NCBI GenBank assembly: GCA_050014975.1
Contig: JBEKCH010000005.1
Span: forward strand, 16,493 to 80,492
Direction: 5' to 3'
Length of the DNA stretch: 64,000 nucleotides
Source of the DNA: Candidatus Limnocylindrales bacterium
GTDB lineage: Bacteria > Chloroflexota > Limnocylindria > Limnocylindrales > CSP1-4
The notes under the pieces were generated by a model. The model did no database searches. It was given only the letters and a program-made list of their open reading frames with translations, and had not been told where the DNA came from. Below, piece after piece: positions 31,319 to 40,180 of this stretch; positions within the stretch are counted from its first letter, which is position 1; each line of letters starts with the position of its first letter. Made by a program: the position numbers and the translations under genes.

Positions 31319-32796
31319 GCGCCACAACGGCAACCTCGGCGCCGACTCGGATCGTCTTCGGTACGGACGGCTGGCGTGGCCGAACTGCGGACGAGTTCAC
31401 CTTCGAGAATGTCCGGCGCTGCGCACGGGCCGTGGCCGAGTACGTGGTCGAGCGCGGCGAGCAGTCCAGGGGGATCGTCGTCGCCTTCGACCGCCGCTTC
31501 GCCAGCGAGCATTTCGCCGCGGCGGCCGCGGAGGTCGTGTTGGCCCACGCTATCCCGGTCGCCCTGGCGGCAGAGGCCGTGCCGACGCAGATGTCCTCGT
31601 TCGAGGTGGTTCAGCGCGGGTCGGCGGCCGGCATCGTCATCACCGCCAGCCACAACCCCTGGACGGACAACGGCTTCAAGATCAAGTCGCCGACGGGCGC
31701 GGCGGCGGGTCCCGAGATGCTCTCCGCGGTCGAGGCGCTGCTGGCCGCGGACGCGGGCAGGCCGATTCCCAGGCGGCCACTCGCCGACGCCGAGGCCGCG
31801 GGCATGCTGGCGCGTTTCGACCCGTACGCCGGCTACCTGGACTTCATCCGCCCGAACCTGGATCTTGACCGCCTGGCGGCGGCCGACCTGAGCGTCCTGG
31901 TCGATCCGCTCTACGGCTCGGGGGCGGGCTGGCTGCCGCGGCTTCTCGCCGGCGGCAGGATCCGTCTGACCGAGATCCACTCGGAGCGGAACCCCTACTT
32001 CGGTGGCGTGAACCCGGAGCCGATCCCACCCAACGTGAACGACGCCCTGGCCAGGCTGGCCGGCGGCGGGTACGACCTGGGGCTGCTCCTCGACGGCGAT
32101 GCCGATCGGGCCGGTCTGGCCGACGAGCGCGGCACCTTCGTCACCACGCTGCAGATCTTCGGCCTGCTGATGTACTACCTGGCGGAGCACCGAGGCCTGC
32201 GGGCGCCGGTCGTCAAGACCGTCAACGAGACGTCCATGGCGGAACGGCTGGGCGAGCGCTACGGGGTACCCGTCTACGAAACCCCTGTCGGGTTCAAGTA
32301 CGTGGGCCCCAGGATGATCGAGACCGGGGCCATGATGGGCGGCGAAGAATCGGGCGGCTTCGGCTTTGGCATGCATCTGCCCGAGCGCGACGGCATCTTC
32401 GCGGATCTGATGCTGCTCGACCTGTTCGTCTGCGAGAGGGCCGCCGGCCGATGGCCGGCGAGCACGGCGATCGCCCACCTGCACGAGATTGCCGGGCCCT
32501 CGAGCTATCGGCGTGCGGACCTGCACTTCGAGCGGGCGAGCTACCCGTCCCTCAAGGTCCGCCTGCTGGCCGAGCTGCCGGACCGAGCTCCGGCACAGCT
32601 GGCCGGACGGCCGGTCGTGCGCACGCAGCCACTCTCGACTGGCGACGGCTTCAAGTTCTTCGCCGACGACGGATCGTGGCTGCTCGTCCGTTTCAGCGGC
32701 ACCGAGCCTCTGGTTCGGGTCTACACCGAGGCCGCGACGACGGCCGCGGTCGAGGCGAACCTCGCCGCCGGCGAGAGAATCGTCCACGGCGCCTGA
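31315..32796 (+). CDS. Phosphomannomutase/phosphoglucomutase (alpha-D-phosphohexomutase)
   Basis: Active-site loop TASHNPWTDNGFK and metal site DGDADR. GTG start overlaps the manC stop. Confidence 0.85.
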   Translation: MSATTATSAPTRIVFGTDGWRGRTADEFTFENVRRCARAVAEYVVERGEQSRGIVVAFDRRFASEHFAAAAAEVVLAHAIPVALAAEAVPTQMSSFEVVQRGSAAGIVITASHNPWTDNGFKIKSPTGAAAGPEMLSAVEALLAADAGRPIPRRPLADAEAAGMLARFDPYAGYLDFIRPNLDLDRLAAADLSVLVDPLYGSGAGWLPRLLAGGRIRLTEIHSERNPYFGGVNPEPIPPNVNDALARLAGGGYDLGLLLDGDADRAGLADERGTFVTTLQIFGLLMYYLAEHRGLRAPVVKTVNETSMAERLGERYGVPVYETPVGFKYVGPRMIETGAMMGGEESGGFGFGMHLPERDGIFADLMLLDLFVCERAAGRWPASTAIAHLHEIAGPSSYRRADLHFERASYPSLKVRLLAELPDRAPAQLAGRPVVRTQPLSTGDGFKFFADDGSWLLVRFSGTEPLVRVYTEAATTAAVEANLAAGERIVHGA

Positions 32797-32933
32797 ACCG
32801 CTCCCTCGACTCGAACGAGCGTTCTGGTCCCTGATGGCGCGGGCAGGTCGACCCTCGTTTCGACAACCGGCGCCCCGGCGTCGGGTTCCTCGGTGGCCGA
32901 AACAAGGGATGCGCAACGGCCGTCAGATCTGCC

Positions 32934-32951
32934 GTTCGTACGTCTACGAAC
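32934..32951 (+). promoter_or_regulatory. Perfect 7-4-7 palindrome GTTCGTA-CGTC-TACGAAC in a locally lower-GC intergenic island
   Basis: Read from the sequence. It lies about 140 nt upstream of the SWIM-like small ORF and is a candidate operator. Confidence 0.3.
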
Positions 32952-33089
32952 TGGCAATTCGGTCATCTGGGAACTCCCGCTCACAATTGGCTCGCAGCTG
33001 TAAAGTGAGGCGAACCGGCCCGGCCGCTCGTGTGGGCGGTCGGCGGCGGGACCTCTTCGGGGCAAGCAGGGCGACGGAGGGTACACGCG

Positions 33090-33365
33090 ATGCATAGCAC
33101 TCTCATCGGGAAGGTCGAGAAGGCAAATCGCTACGCCCGTGAGCTGGATCGGATCACCTTCGAACAGCTCGCCGTCTCGTTCAAGGGCGACAACGACACT
33201 CATACAGTCCGACTCGACGGCGGAGCCTGGCAGTGCACCTGCCACTTCTTTGAGAGCTGGGGATCGTGCGTCCACGTACTCGCCCTGCAGAAGGTCCTGG
33301 GCGTCATGCTCCCCGAAACCGCACAGGTGTCCATCTTCAACGCCCAGCCTGCGGTGCCCGCGTAG
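33090..33365 (+). CDS. Small hypothetical protein with SWIM-type zinc finger (CxC...CxH)
   Basis: WQCTCHFFESWGSCVHVLAL fits the SWIM CxCx(n)CxH signature. GGAGGG RBS upstream of the ATG. Confidence 0.5.
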   Translation: MHSTLIGKVEKANRYARELDRITFEQLAVSFKGDNDTHTVRLDGGAWQCTCHFFESWGSCVHVLALQKVLGVMLPETAQVSIFNAQPAVPA

Positions 33366-33447
33366 GGGACGGCAGGAGGAGCACAATCGGTCTTGCGGAT
33401 TTCGAGGTCGGCCTACTGCCTCGACCTCGTCGACACTGGGGGAACAT

Positions 33448-34185
33448 GTGAACGATAGAGGACTGCTCGTGAATCACCGCGGCTTCCGCACCGCCGCCCT
33501 GGCCAGTGCCGCCCTCGTCGGGGCGCTGGCCGTCACGGCGTGCTCCAGCTCCGCACAGCCCACGCCCATCTACGTCGTCAGGACCCCGACGCCGACTGTC
33601 GCAGCGCAAACTCCCACGCCAACGGCCACGCAGGGGGCCGAGACCACCATCACGCCCCTGCCGTCCTTCCCGACTCCGGCGCCGCCCACGGCGCCGGCCA
33701 CCCCGACCCCGACCAGCAAACCGACGGCAACCCCGTCGGCCGGCCCCACCTCGCCCGCCGCGTTCTGCACTGGCGGCTCCGGCAACCAGCCTGAGTTCGT
33801 TAAAGCCGCCAACACGCTGAAATGGAACTTCTATTGCGCCAGCCTCCCCAAGGGCTGGTCCCTGGTGTCCATGACCTGGGATGCCACCACGTTGCCCGGT
33901 GGGGCCAAGATCAGCTACAAGGGTTCGAGCGGCGCAACGATCAAAGTCTTCGAGGGCAAGTGGTGCCTGATGACTCCCAGCGATTGCCCGGCCCAGAGCG
34001 GCGTCTCTCTCGGCGCCGGCAGCTTCGGCGGCCTGTCCGGCAACGTCTACGCCACCGCTGACGGCGGTTTAGGGATCTACGTGGCTCCGGGAACCTCGCA
34101 CGCGTACCAGCTCGACGGCTACAACATGACCCAGGCGACGCTGGTGGGCATCGGCACCGATCTGAAGGTCGTGCCCAAGTCGTGA
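33448..34185 (+). CDS. Hypothetical secreted lipoprotein (Pro/Thr-rich linker plus Cys-containing C-domain)
   Basis: Signal peptide with lipobox (ALAVTAC), a PT-rich linker and a C-domain with 6 Cys. The start is ambiguous (GTG at 33448 or 33469). Confidence 0.6.
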   Translation: MNDRGLLVNHRGFRTAALASAALVGALAVTACSSSAQPTPIYVVRTPTPTVAAQTPTPTATQGAETTITPLPSFPTPAPPTAPATPTPTSKPTATPSAGPTSPAAFCTGGSGNQPEFVKAANTLKWNFYCASLPKGWSLVSMTWDATTLPGGAKISYKGSSGATIKVFEGKWCLMTPSDCPAQSGVSLGAGSFGGLSGNVYATADGGLGIYVAPGTSHAYQLDGYNMTQATLVGIGTDLKVVPKS

Positions 34186-34277
34186 GCCGGGCGTTCGATC
34201 GGCGGCTCGCCGATCGAACCTGCCTCTGACCCATACCGAGCGGCTGCTCATCGAGCGGCCGCTCGGTCGTATCCGGG

Positions 34278-35564
34278 CTAGGCTTCGGGCGTCGGCGCGG
34301 GCGTCTCGGGCTTGGGGGCGCGGACCTGCTTGCGGGCCATGGGCTGCGGCGCGGCCGCGGACCCCGGCTCCACCTCCTGGTCCTCGCCGGCCTGGGGCAG
34401 GCGCGGGACGCGAACCGGCCTGCCCTCGCGCTCTTCGATCCGGCGCGCGGCCCGCACGGCCACGGGTTGGGCGTCGACTCGCATGTGTCCCAGGTAGTAG
34501 AAGAAGAATGCTGCGACCACGGCCGCCACGGGAATGCCGAAGATGGCGCCAGGGATGCCGGCCAGCTTGGTGCCGATCATGACCGAGCCCAGGACCACGA
34601 CCGGGTGGAGACCCACCGCCTCGGCCATCAATCGCGGCTGGATGGCGTTCATCAGCACGAACCAGCCGACGACCATGATGATGAGAACGGGCAGGACGGC
34701 ATCGGGCACGAAGAAGATCGCTACGAGCACCGGCGGCATCCATGAGATGAATGGACCGAAGAACGGGATCGCCTGCAGCACGCCCGACGAAACCGCCGTC
34801 ACCGGCATGTAGGGCAAGCCGAGCAGCAGGCTGGCAGCCATGGACACGGCGCCGTACATGAGCCCAATCAGAGCCTGGCCGCGCAGGAAGCCGCCAAACG
34901 AGCGCGAGATGCTGTGCTCGAGCAGCTTCGCTTCGTCCTTGTAGGCAGGTGGGACCAGGCGGAAGAGGAAGCTGACGATTCGCTCGCGGTCGACGGACAT
35001 GTAGAGCGAGAGGAAGAACACGAAGAGCAGGTTGCCCATGATGCCAAGGCTGGCGAACGCGATGTCGCCCAGCGGCTGGACCAGGGCGTCGGCGCCGTTC
35101 TTGAGGTTGATCAGGGCGTTAGTCATCTGGTCTGCCAGGTGGATCTGGCTCAGGCCGATCGAGTCCAGCCTCTGTTGCCACGGCGCCAGGATCGTGGTGA
35201 GCTGGTCCGGCGTGGGCCAGTTGCTCACCAGGGTGCTGACCGAGCCGTAGAGCTGCTGCGCCACGACGATGAGGGCGGCGAGCACGACGACGATCAACAG
35301 GCTGTAGACGATGATCACGGCGATGGCCCGCGGCAACCTCGGGAATAAATGCAGCAGGCCGTTGGCCAGCGGGCTCAGGATGAAGGCGAGCAGCCAGGCC
35401 AGGAAGAAGATCATGATCACGTCGTTGAAGTACGCGATCAGGCTGGTCACGAAGTAGACGACGACGAAGGCGACCGCCACCGTCCCCAGGATCAGCAGGG
35501 CAGTCAGCCAGCGATGCTCGCGTTCGGTCAGCTGGAAGGGTCCTGCGGAAGGTTGTTCGCTCAT
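34278..35564 (-). CDS. AI-2E family transporter (UPF0118/PerM-like)
   Basis: 8-TM protein with AI-2E-like topology and a charged C-tail. Confidence 0.8.
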   Translation of the reverse strand: MSEQPSAGPFQLTEREHRWLTALLILGTVAVAFVVVYFVTSLIAYFNDVIMIFFLAWLLAFILSPLANGLLHLFPRLPRAIAVIIVYSLLIVVVLAALIVVAQQLYGSVSTLVSNWPTPDQLTTILAPWQQRLDSIGLSQIHLADQMTNALINLKNGADALVQPLGDIAFASLGIMGNLLFVFFLSLYMSVDRERIVSFLFRLVPPAYKDEAKLLEHSISRSFGGFLRGQALIGLMYGAVSMAASLLLGLPYMPVTAVSSGVLQAIPFFGPFISWMPPVLVAIFFVPDAVLPVLIIMVVGWFVLMNAIQPRLMAEAVGLHPVVVLGSVMIGTKLAGIPGAIFGIPVAAVVAAFFFYYLGHMRVDAQPVAVRAARRIEEREGRPVRVPRLPQAGEDQEVEPGSAAAPQPMARKQVRAPKPETPAPTPEA

Positions 35565-35722
35565 CCTCCCCGATCCTCTACGCAGACTTACTCCGGAATG
35601 GTACGCCGCGGCAAGCGGCCCGGCCTGCTCCGATCGTTGGCGGCCGCGATCCCGCCGGCGGCCCGTCGATCCCGGGCGCTCGCTGCCGATCCCGGGCGCT
35701 CGGCGCCGTGTCTCGAGGCGAC

Positions 35723-36745
35723 CTAGCGCAGGCCCATACGTTCGCGGACTTCGGCCATGGTGGCCTCGGCAATCGGTCGAATCCGTTCGGCGCCTTCATC
35801 CAGGATGGCGCGCAGCCGGGTCGGGTCGGCCATCAGCTCCCTGTACGTTTCTCGCGCCGGGGCGTAGTGGGCGATGATCCGCTCCGCCAGCAGCTTCTTG
35901 GTGTCGACACAACCGGTTCGGGCGGTTCGCTCGCCGTCCCAGATCGCCTCGTAGTCGTCGCCGAAATGGCGGTGTAGCTGGCAGACGTTGCATACCTGCG
36001 GCCGCCCCGGGTCCGATCGGAGGATGCGCTGCGTGTCGGTCACCATCGACGTGACCTGCTTGCGGATCACGTCGGGCTCGGCCAGGACCTCGATCGTGTT
36101 GGCGAGCGACTTGCTCATCTTGCGCTGGCCGTCCGTGCCCAGGACCACCGGCGCCTCCGTGTAGACCGCCTTCGGCTCGGGGAAGGTCTCGCCGTATCGG
36201 GCATTGAAGGCACGCACGATCTCGCGGCTCAGCTCCAGGTGCGCGGCCTGGTCCTTGCCGACAGGCACGAGCGACGCCTTGTAGATGACGATGTCAGCCG
36301 CCTGCAGGACGGGGTAGGTGAGCAGGCCGTGGTTGACGTCGTCCGGCTGGTTCTCGCGCTTCTCCTTGTACGTCGGGGTGCGCTGCAGCCAGCCGACGGG
36401 GGTCACGGTGTTGAAGAGCCAGCACAGCTCGGTGACTTCCGGTCGGTCCGACTGTACGAAGAGGGTGCAGCGCTTCGGGTCCAGGCCCAGGGCGATCAGA
36501 GCGGCCGCCATCTCGAGGGTCTGGCGGCGCAGCATCTCCGGATCGTGGACGTGGGTCAGGGCGTGGTAGTCCACCACGCAGTAGATCGCCTCATAACGCT
36601 CCGCGAGCGCCACGTAGTTGCGGATCGCACCCAGGTCGTTGCCCAGGTGGGGCCGGCCGGTGGGCTGGATGCCGCTGAAGATGCGGGGCTTGACCGGCAG
36701 GCTGGAGGGCCGAGCTGCAGGAGAGGCGGAGGCGTCAGTCATCAT
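35723..36745 (-). CDS. trpS: Tryptophan--tRNA ligase
   Basis: Class I HIGH-like motif (GRPHLGN) and KMSKS. Confidence 0.9.
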   Translation of the reverse strand: MMTDASASPAARPSSLPVKPRIFSGIQPTGRPHLGNDLGAIRNYVALAERYEAIYCVVDYHALTHVHDPEMLRRQTLEMAAALIALGLDPKRCTLFVQSDRPEVTELCWLFNTVTPVGWLQRTPTYKEKRENQPDDVNHGLLTYPVLQAADIVIYKASLVPVGKDQAAHLELSREIVRAFNARYGETFPEPKAVYTEAPVVLGTDGQRKMSKSLANTIEVLAEPDVIRKQVTSMVTDTQRILRSDPGRPQVCNVCQLHRHFGDDYEAIWDGERTARTGCVDTKKLLAERIIAHYAPARETYRELMADPTRLRAILDEGAERIRPIAEATMAEVRERMGLR

Positions 36746-36876
36746 GAGGCGAGTTTAGCGGACGAGGCCGGTCGAGCCAGTCGAAAGCGCGCACCTCTGG
36801 CAGCCGGCGCGGGACTACCATGGCCGCTGGCGTAGGGCGCCGAATGGCACGCCCTGGCGAGAAGACTCGTTGCTAC

Positions 36877-36894
36877 TCGATACTCTGGTATCGA
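36877..36894 (+). promoter_or_regulatory. Perfect palindrome TCGATAC-TCTG-GTATCGA in the trpS/lipoprotein divergent region
   Basis: Read from the sequence. Locally AT-richer than the surroundings. Lies 40 nt upstream of the lipoprotein start. Confidence 0.3.
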
Positions 36895-36934
36895 CTGCAC
36901 TGGTGGCGGTGCCCGGGGTTGGAGGAAACGGAGG

Positions 36935-38311
36935 ATGGCGGCGGACCGTCGACTGATCGGTCGGCGCTGGTGGGCTTGCCCGTGCCGGCGGTCCGGTCTG
37001 GCGGGCGTTCTCCTGCTCGCAGCGGCGATGATCGCAGGCTGCACGGGCCTGCCCGCAGCGTCGACCGAGACCCCGCCCCAGACAAGAACGGCCGCGCCGA
37101 CGGCGATCGAAACGCTGACGGCCGCGCCGACGGCGATCGAAACGCTGACGGCCGCGCCGACCGACACTCCCGCCGGGATCGAGACGCCCACGCCTTCCGC
37201 CAGTCCTCTGCCGACGGTGGCCGGGCGGGTGCTTCGCTGGGCTTCCGTTTCCCTTCCGGCGGCTCTGGTCGCGAGCACGGACTCACCCTTCCAGGATGCG
37301 CTCTTCGGCTGGAGCCGCGGGTACCTGGCATTCCACGAGAACGTCGACAGCGGCTCGGCCGTCCCCTGGACCTCGGCCGACGGGCGCGACTGGCTGCAGG
37401 GCCGGTCGCTCGACATGACCGGACTCAGCCAGGGAGCCCAGGTCGAACAGGTCGTCGAGGGGCCGGCCGGTCTCCTTGCCCTCGGTCGCGCCCCCGGCTG
37501 CGCCGACGACGGGTCCGGTTGCATGCCCGAGCCCGCGACCGCGCTGTGGGCCTCCACCGATGGAGTGAGCTGGATTCGAGTCGACCTGCACAAGGCCTTC
37601 GGCGGCGCTGCTGTCGGAGACGTTTCGGCCGGGCCGAAGGGATACATGGCGGTCAGCAGGTCGAGCGACGCCGGCGCGGCCGTGCCGGCGATCTGGCTGT
37701 CGGCGGATGGGCAGAACTGGCGTGCCTCCTCGCTGCCGTCGGCCACATTCGGGGCTGCCTACCTGGCGCGGGGCACCGTTCTTGGGGGCGGCTTTCTGGT
37801 AGCGGGTCGGATCGGCAGCCTGGAGGGCTGGGGCGGCGGCTATTTCCCGTCGACGACGCCCGCGATCTGGTGGTCGGCGGATGGCTCCGAATGGAGTCGC
37901 GTGACGCTGTCCGATGTCGCGTCGGCTCCACAGGCGGAGGCCACGATCACGAAGGTCGCCGACGGCAAGCTAGTTGCCCACGTGGTCAGCTGGGACTGCG
38001 TGTGTCCGCCCGAGGGCGACGGCCAGGCCTGGACCTCGACCGATGGACGCACATGGAAAGCAGCGACGGGGCAGTTCCCGTCTCCGGCGGTGGTGCTTTC
38101 CGACGGCCACCAGGCGCTGCAGGTCGTCTCCTCCGACGGAGCCCTGACGGTGGCCGCTTCCGCGGACGGGTTCAGGTGGGCGCAAGTCGCCGTCTCGGGC
38201 TCGGGACCCGCCGATCTCTTGGACGAGGCTTACGGTCCGTCGGGTGTGCTGGTCGAAGACTCGGATGGAAACCTCTGGCTGGCCAACATGAGCGACGCCG
38301 GTTCGAGCTGA
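36935..38311 (+). CDS. Lipoprotein with BNR/Asp-box repeats (probable beta-propeller)
   Basis: Lipobox MIAGC. Five or more Asp-box-like motifs (WTSADGRDW, WASTDGVSW, WLSADGQNW, WWSADGSEW, WTSTDGRTW). N-terminal TAAPTAIETL tandem repeats. Confidence 0.65.
   Translation: MAADRRLIGRRWWACPCRRSGLAGVLLLAAAMIAGCTGLPAASTETPPQTRTAAPTAIETLTAAPTAIETLTAAPTDTPAGIETPTPSASPLPTVAGRVLRWASVSLPAALVASTDSPFQDALFGWSRGYLAFHENVDSGSAVPWTSADGRDWLQGRSLDMTGLSQGAQVEQVVEGPAGLLALGRAPGCADDGSGCMPEPATALWASTDGVSWIRVDLHKAFGGAAVGDVSAGPKGYMAVSRSSDAGAAVPAIWLSADGQNWRASSLPSATFGAAYLARGTVLGGGFLVAGRIGSLEGWGGGYFPSTTPAIWWSADGSEWSRVTLSDVASAPQAEATITKVADGKLVAHVVSWDCVCPPEGDGQAWTSTDGRTWKAATGQFPSPAVVLSDGHQALQVVSSDGALTVAASADGFRWAQVAVSGSGPADLLDEAYGPSGVLVEDSDGNLWLANMSDAGSS
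37091..37161 (+). repeat. 30-bp tandem repeat x2.4 (gccgcgccgacggcgatcgaaacgctgacg), in-frame, encoding TAAPTAIETL
   Basis: Read from the sequence. Confidence 0.9.
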
Positions 38312-38625
38312 GGCGACGAACGCGGCTTTGGCCGCCGCTGGCCTCCGCCGATCCTCGCGTTTGTCCGGTGCCACCGGACAGGAGTCGCCGAACCGCATGG
38401 ATCCCGCCGGCCGGACGGCTGGGCGGGGCCTCGAAACGGCCATCTGGCCCGGCTGGGTGCGCATCAAGGCCGGGCCGGCGGCGCCATCGGAGCGCGCCCC
38501 CTCGCCGGCCCCGGTATCCAGCCAGTTCGTGGAATCTGTCCGGCACAGCCGGACACCTGCAAGATCCGGCCGGCCGGCCGGCCCTGGAGGCGCCCGACCG
38601 AGGGCCAGCGCCAGGTCCATCGCAG

Positions 38626-38805
38626 CCGGCTGCGGACCGGGCAGCGGCGAACAGAGGGGCCGGCGCCTCAGGTACCATTCCCGGACGACCTGCTACCCGT
38701 TGGTCGATCGCCGGCTGCGGACCGGGCAGCGGCGAACAGAGGGGCCGGCGCCTCAGGTACCATTCCCGGACGACCTGCTACCCGTTGGTCGATCGCCGGC
38801 TGCGG
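38626..38805 (+). repeat. 85-bp perfect tandem direct repeat (2 full copies plus a 10-bp partial third), non-coding, in the leader of the hom-thrC-thrB operon
   Basis: Copy 1 at 38626-38710 is identical to copy 2 at 38711-38795, and ccggctgcgg recurs at 38796-38805. The period is not a multiple of 3. The repeat ends 38 nt before the hom start. Confidence 0.9.
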
Positions 38806-38843
38806 TGCCACCTCGGCCCCGCTGGCCCCAGTCCAGTCCGCCC

Positions 38844-40166
38844 GTGACCTCCGAAAACCGACCACTCCGCGTCGCGATCCTCGGCGTGGGCACCGTCGGT
38901 GCGGAGGTGGCCCGGGGCTTCCTTCACAGCCCGCACCGGCAGATCGGCCCGGCCGGCGGACGAATGCTGGAGCTCGTGGCGATCGCCGACATGAACGTCC
39001 AGGGCGCCGTCGACCGCGGCATGCCGCGCCAGCTCATCGTGTCCGATGCCGCGGCCGTGGTCCGGCGCGACGACGTGGATGTCTTCGTGGAGCTGCTGGG
39101 CGGGGACGAGCCGGCCCGGTCCCTGATCGTCGAGGCGTTGGCCGCAGGCAAGCCGGTGGTCACGGCCAACAAGCACGTCCTGGCCCACCACGGCGCGGAG
39201 CTGGAGAAGATCGCCCGCGCGAACGGCGCGCCCCTCCGGTTCGAGGCTTCGGTCTGCGGCGGCACTCCCGTGCTCGACCCGATCGCCCGCGATCTCGCGG
39301 CCAACCGCGTCCGGCACGTCCGCGGCATCGTCAACGGCAGCACCAACTTCATCCTGACCCAGATGACGCAGGCCAGGCGCAGCTACGAAGAGGTCCTTGC
39401 TGCCGCCCAGGCCCAGGGCTACGTCGAGCACGATCCCCGCGCCGACGTGGAGGGCCACGATGCCGCCAACAAGCTCGCCGTGCTGACCCGCCTCGCCTTC
39501 GGCGCCTGGCCGCGCATCGAATCGATCGTGGCCTGCCCACCCTCGTTGCGCGGCGACGGCAAGCCCGGTATCACCGGCGTATCCGCCAGCGACATCGCCG
39601 GCGCCGTGGGGCTCGGCCTCGCCATTCGCCTCGTGGCCACGGCCAGCACGCCGGGAACCGCGGAGCCGGACTTCGGGCTTGCGGGCTCCGTCATGACCTC
39701 GGCCGTGCCGGTGGGCGCGCCGCTCGGTCGGACCGATGGCGTCCTGAACCGCCTCGAGGTGGACGCCGACCCGGTCGGTCGAGTCTCGTTCGAGGGTCCC
39801 GGAGCCGGGGGCCCGGCAACCAGCAGCGCGGTCCTGGCCGACATCCTGGAAGTGGCGCGGACCGGACTCAGCACCTGGGCGGACCTGCCGCCCGCCGCCG
39901 ACGAGCTGGTCGTCCTGGCCGACGATCGCGCCACCATCCGCCGGCAGTGGTTCGTCTGCCTGCCCGGCGTGCTCCCGGACGAGGTTCCGGGTCGTCTCGC
40001 CGAGGAAATGGCCGGCCCGCCGCCGAGTGCCGTGCCGCGGCATCGGAGCCGGACCTGGGTCGCCGTCCAGACCCGGCCGCTGCCGCTGGCCGAGGTTCGC
40101 GAAGCGATCGAGCCGCTGGTCGCCGCCGACCGCGACGTGCCCATCTACCCGATCCTGACCTCGTAG
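38844..40166 (+). CDS. hom: Homoserine dehydrogenase
   Basis: NAD-binding N-terminus (RVAILGVGTVGAEVARG), catalytic domain and a C-terminal ACT-like domain. GTG start. Confidence 0.85.
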   Translation: MTSENRPLRVAILGVGTVGAEVARGFLHSPHRQIGPAGGRMLELVAIADMNVQGAVDRGMPRQLIVSDAAAVVRRDDVDVFVELLGGDEPARSLIVEALAAGKPVVTANKHVLAHHGAELEKIARANGAPLRFEASVCGGTPVLDPIARDLAANRVRHVRGIVNGSTNFILTQMTQARRSYEEVLAAAQAQGYVEHDPRADVEGHDAANKLAVLTRLAFGAWPRIESIVACPPSLRGDGKPGITGVSASDIAGAVGLGLAIRLVATASTPGTAEPDFGLAGSVMTSAVPVGAPLGRTDGVLNRLEVDADPVGRVSFEGPGAGGPATSSAVLADILEVARTGLSTWADLPPAADELVVLADDRATIRRQWFVCLPGVLPDEVPGRLAEEMAGPPPSAVPRHRSRTWVAVQTRPLPLAEVREAIEPLVAADRDVPIYPILTS

Positions 40167-40180
40167 CCGGAGCGATCGAA

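Noticed and set aside
35666-35701. 17-bp direct repeat (ccgatcccgggcgctcg x2) between trpS and the AI-2E transporter.
   Set aside because: Short, GC-rich and with no associated structure. Most likely incidental.
36746-36934. T-box leader upstream of trpS (minus strand).
   Set aside because: No AAnnnGGGTGGnACCGCG T-box sequence or specifier-loop arrangement found in the 190-nt upstream region.
38626-38805. CRISPR array, based on the 85-bp repeats.
   Set aside because: Only two directly abutting identical copies with no spacers. The repeat is far longer than CRISPR repeats.
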